Below, piece after piece: positions 63,740 through 64,000 of a DNA stretch of 64,000 bases (position 1 is its first letter; every line of letters starts with the position of its first letter). The notes under the pieces are model-generated. The model saw nothing but the letters and a program-made list of their open reading frames with translations, was not told the DNA's origin and searched no databases. The DNA comes from Laetmonice hystrix. Taxonomy: Eukaryota. The translations under genes and the position numbers were made by a program. Where the stretch lies: NCBI GenBank assembly GCA_965235115.1, contig OZ249439.1, positions 28,396,001 through 28,460,000 on the forward strand, in the 5' to 3' direction.

Positions 63740-63834
63740 AGACTGGATGGCCGAGGGACATACGACTATCGAAGACTTTGCATTACATTTGGCATTGAAC
63801 GAGGATGTTGTCAAGTAGAAATGGGTCAAACCAG
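63740..63834 (+). CDS. EXOSC9: EXOSC9 coding exon 2 (gene continues beyond the window)
   Basis: Acceptor tttgtattttag|AGA; reads RLDGRGTYDYRRLCITFGIERGCCQVEMGQT-R; donor CAG|GTGAGA. In phase with exon 1 and matches the RNase PH-domain start (RLDGRQTYDYRNIRISFGTDYGCCIVELGKTR in human, from memory). Confidence 0.95.
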
Positions 63835-64000
63835 GTGAGACTTAACAATAACATAAATACCTGTTAAACTTTAAAAAAATTTAAACGGCGAAATACTGAT
63901 TTGAAAATGGAGGGTGAAATAAGATCAATATTATGTGTTGCGGGGTATAGAAATCTGGGCCATTCTAGAATCGCCCTGGCCATCATTGGATTAGATTTAG

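Overview
This is eukaryotic, intron-rich metazoan genomic DNA, probably from an invertebrate bilaterian (inferred from GT-AG introns, Nin-type SINE cores and MITEs). It is not a prokaryotic region, and I found no rRNA, tRNA or CRISPR array. The only gene I can name is EXOSC9/RRP45 (RNA exosome core subunit): its first two coding exons lie at the right end on the + strand. About 220 bp upstream, head-to-head, an unidentified minus-strand gene appears to start. It seems to run leftward across most of the window through very large introns, with at least four candidate alternative N-terminal exons (62.5, 47.4, 24.4 and 8.0 kb). All four end in a phase-1 donor, and there are several micro-exon candidates. 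No shared downstream exon could be identified, so the gene model is an inference. Roughly 14-15 kb (about 23%) is tandem minisatellite (units of 12-124 bp), which explains nearly all long ORFs in the supplied track. The rest contains non-autonomous DNA transposons with readable TIRs and TSDs of 2, 3, 5, 6 and 8 bp, two SINE fragments and a CpG-island-like promoter. All coordinates were counted by eye; repeat boundaries are approximate.
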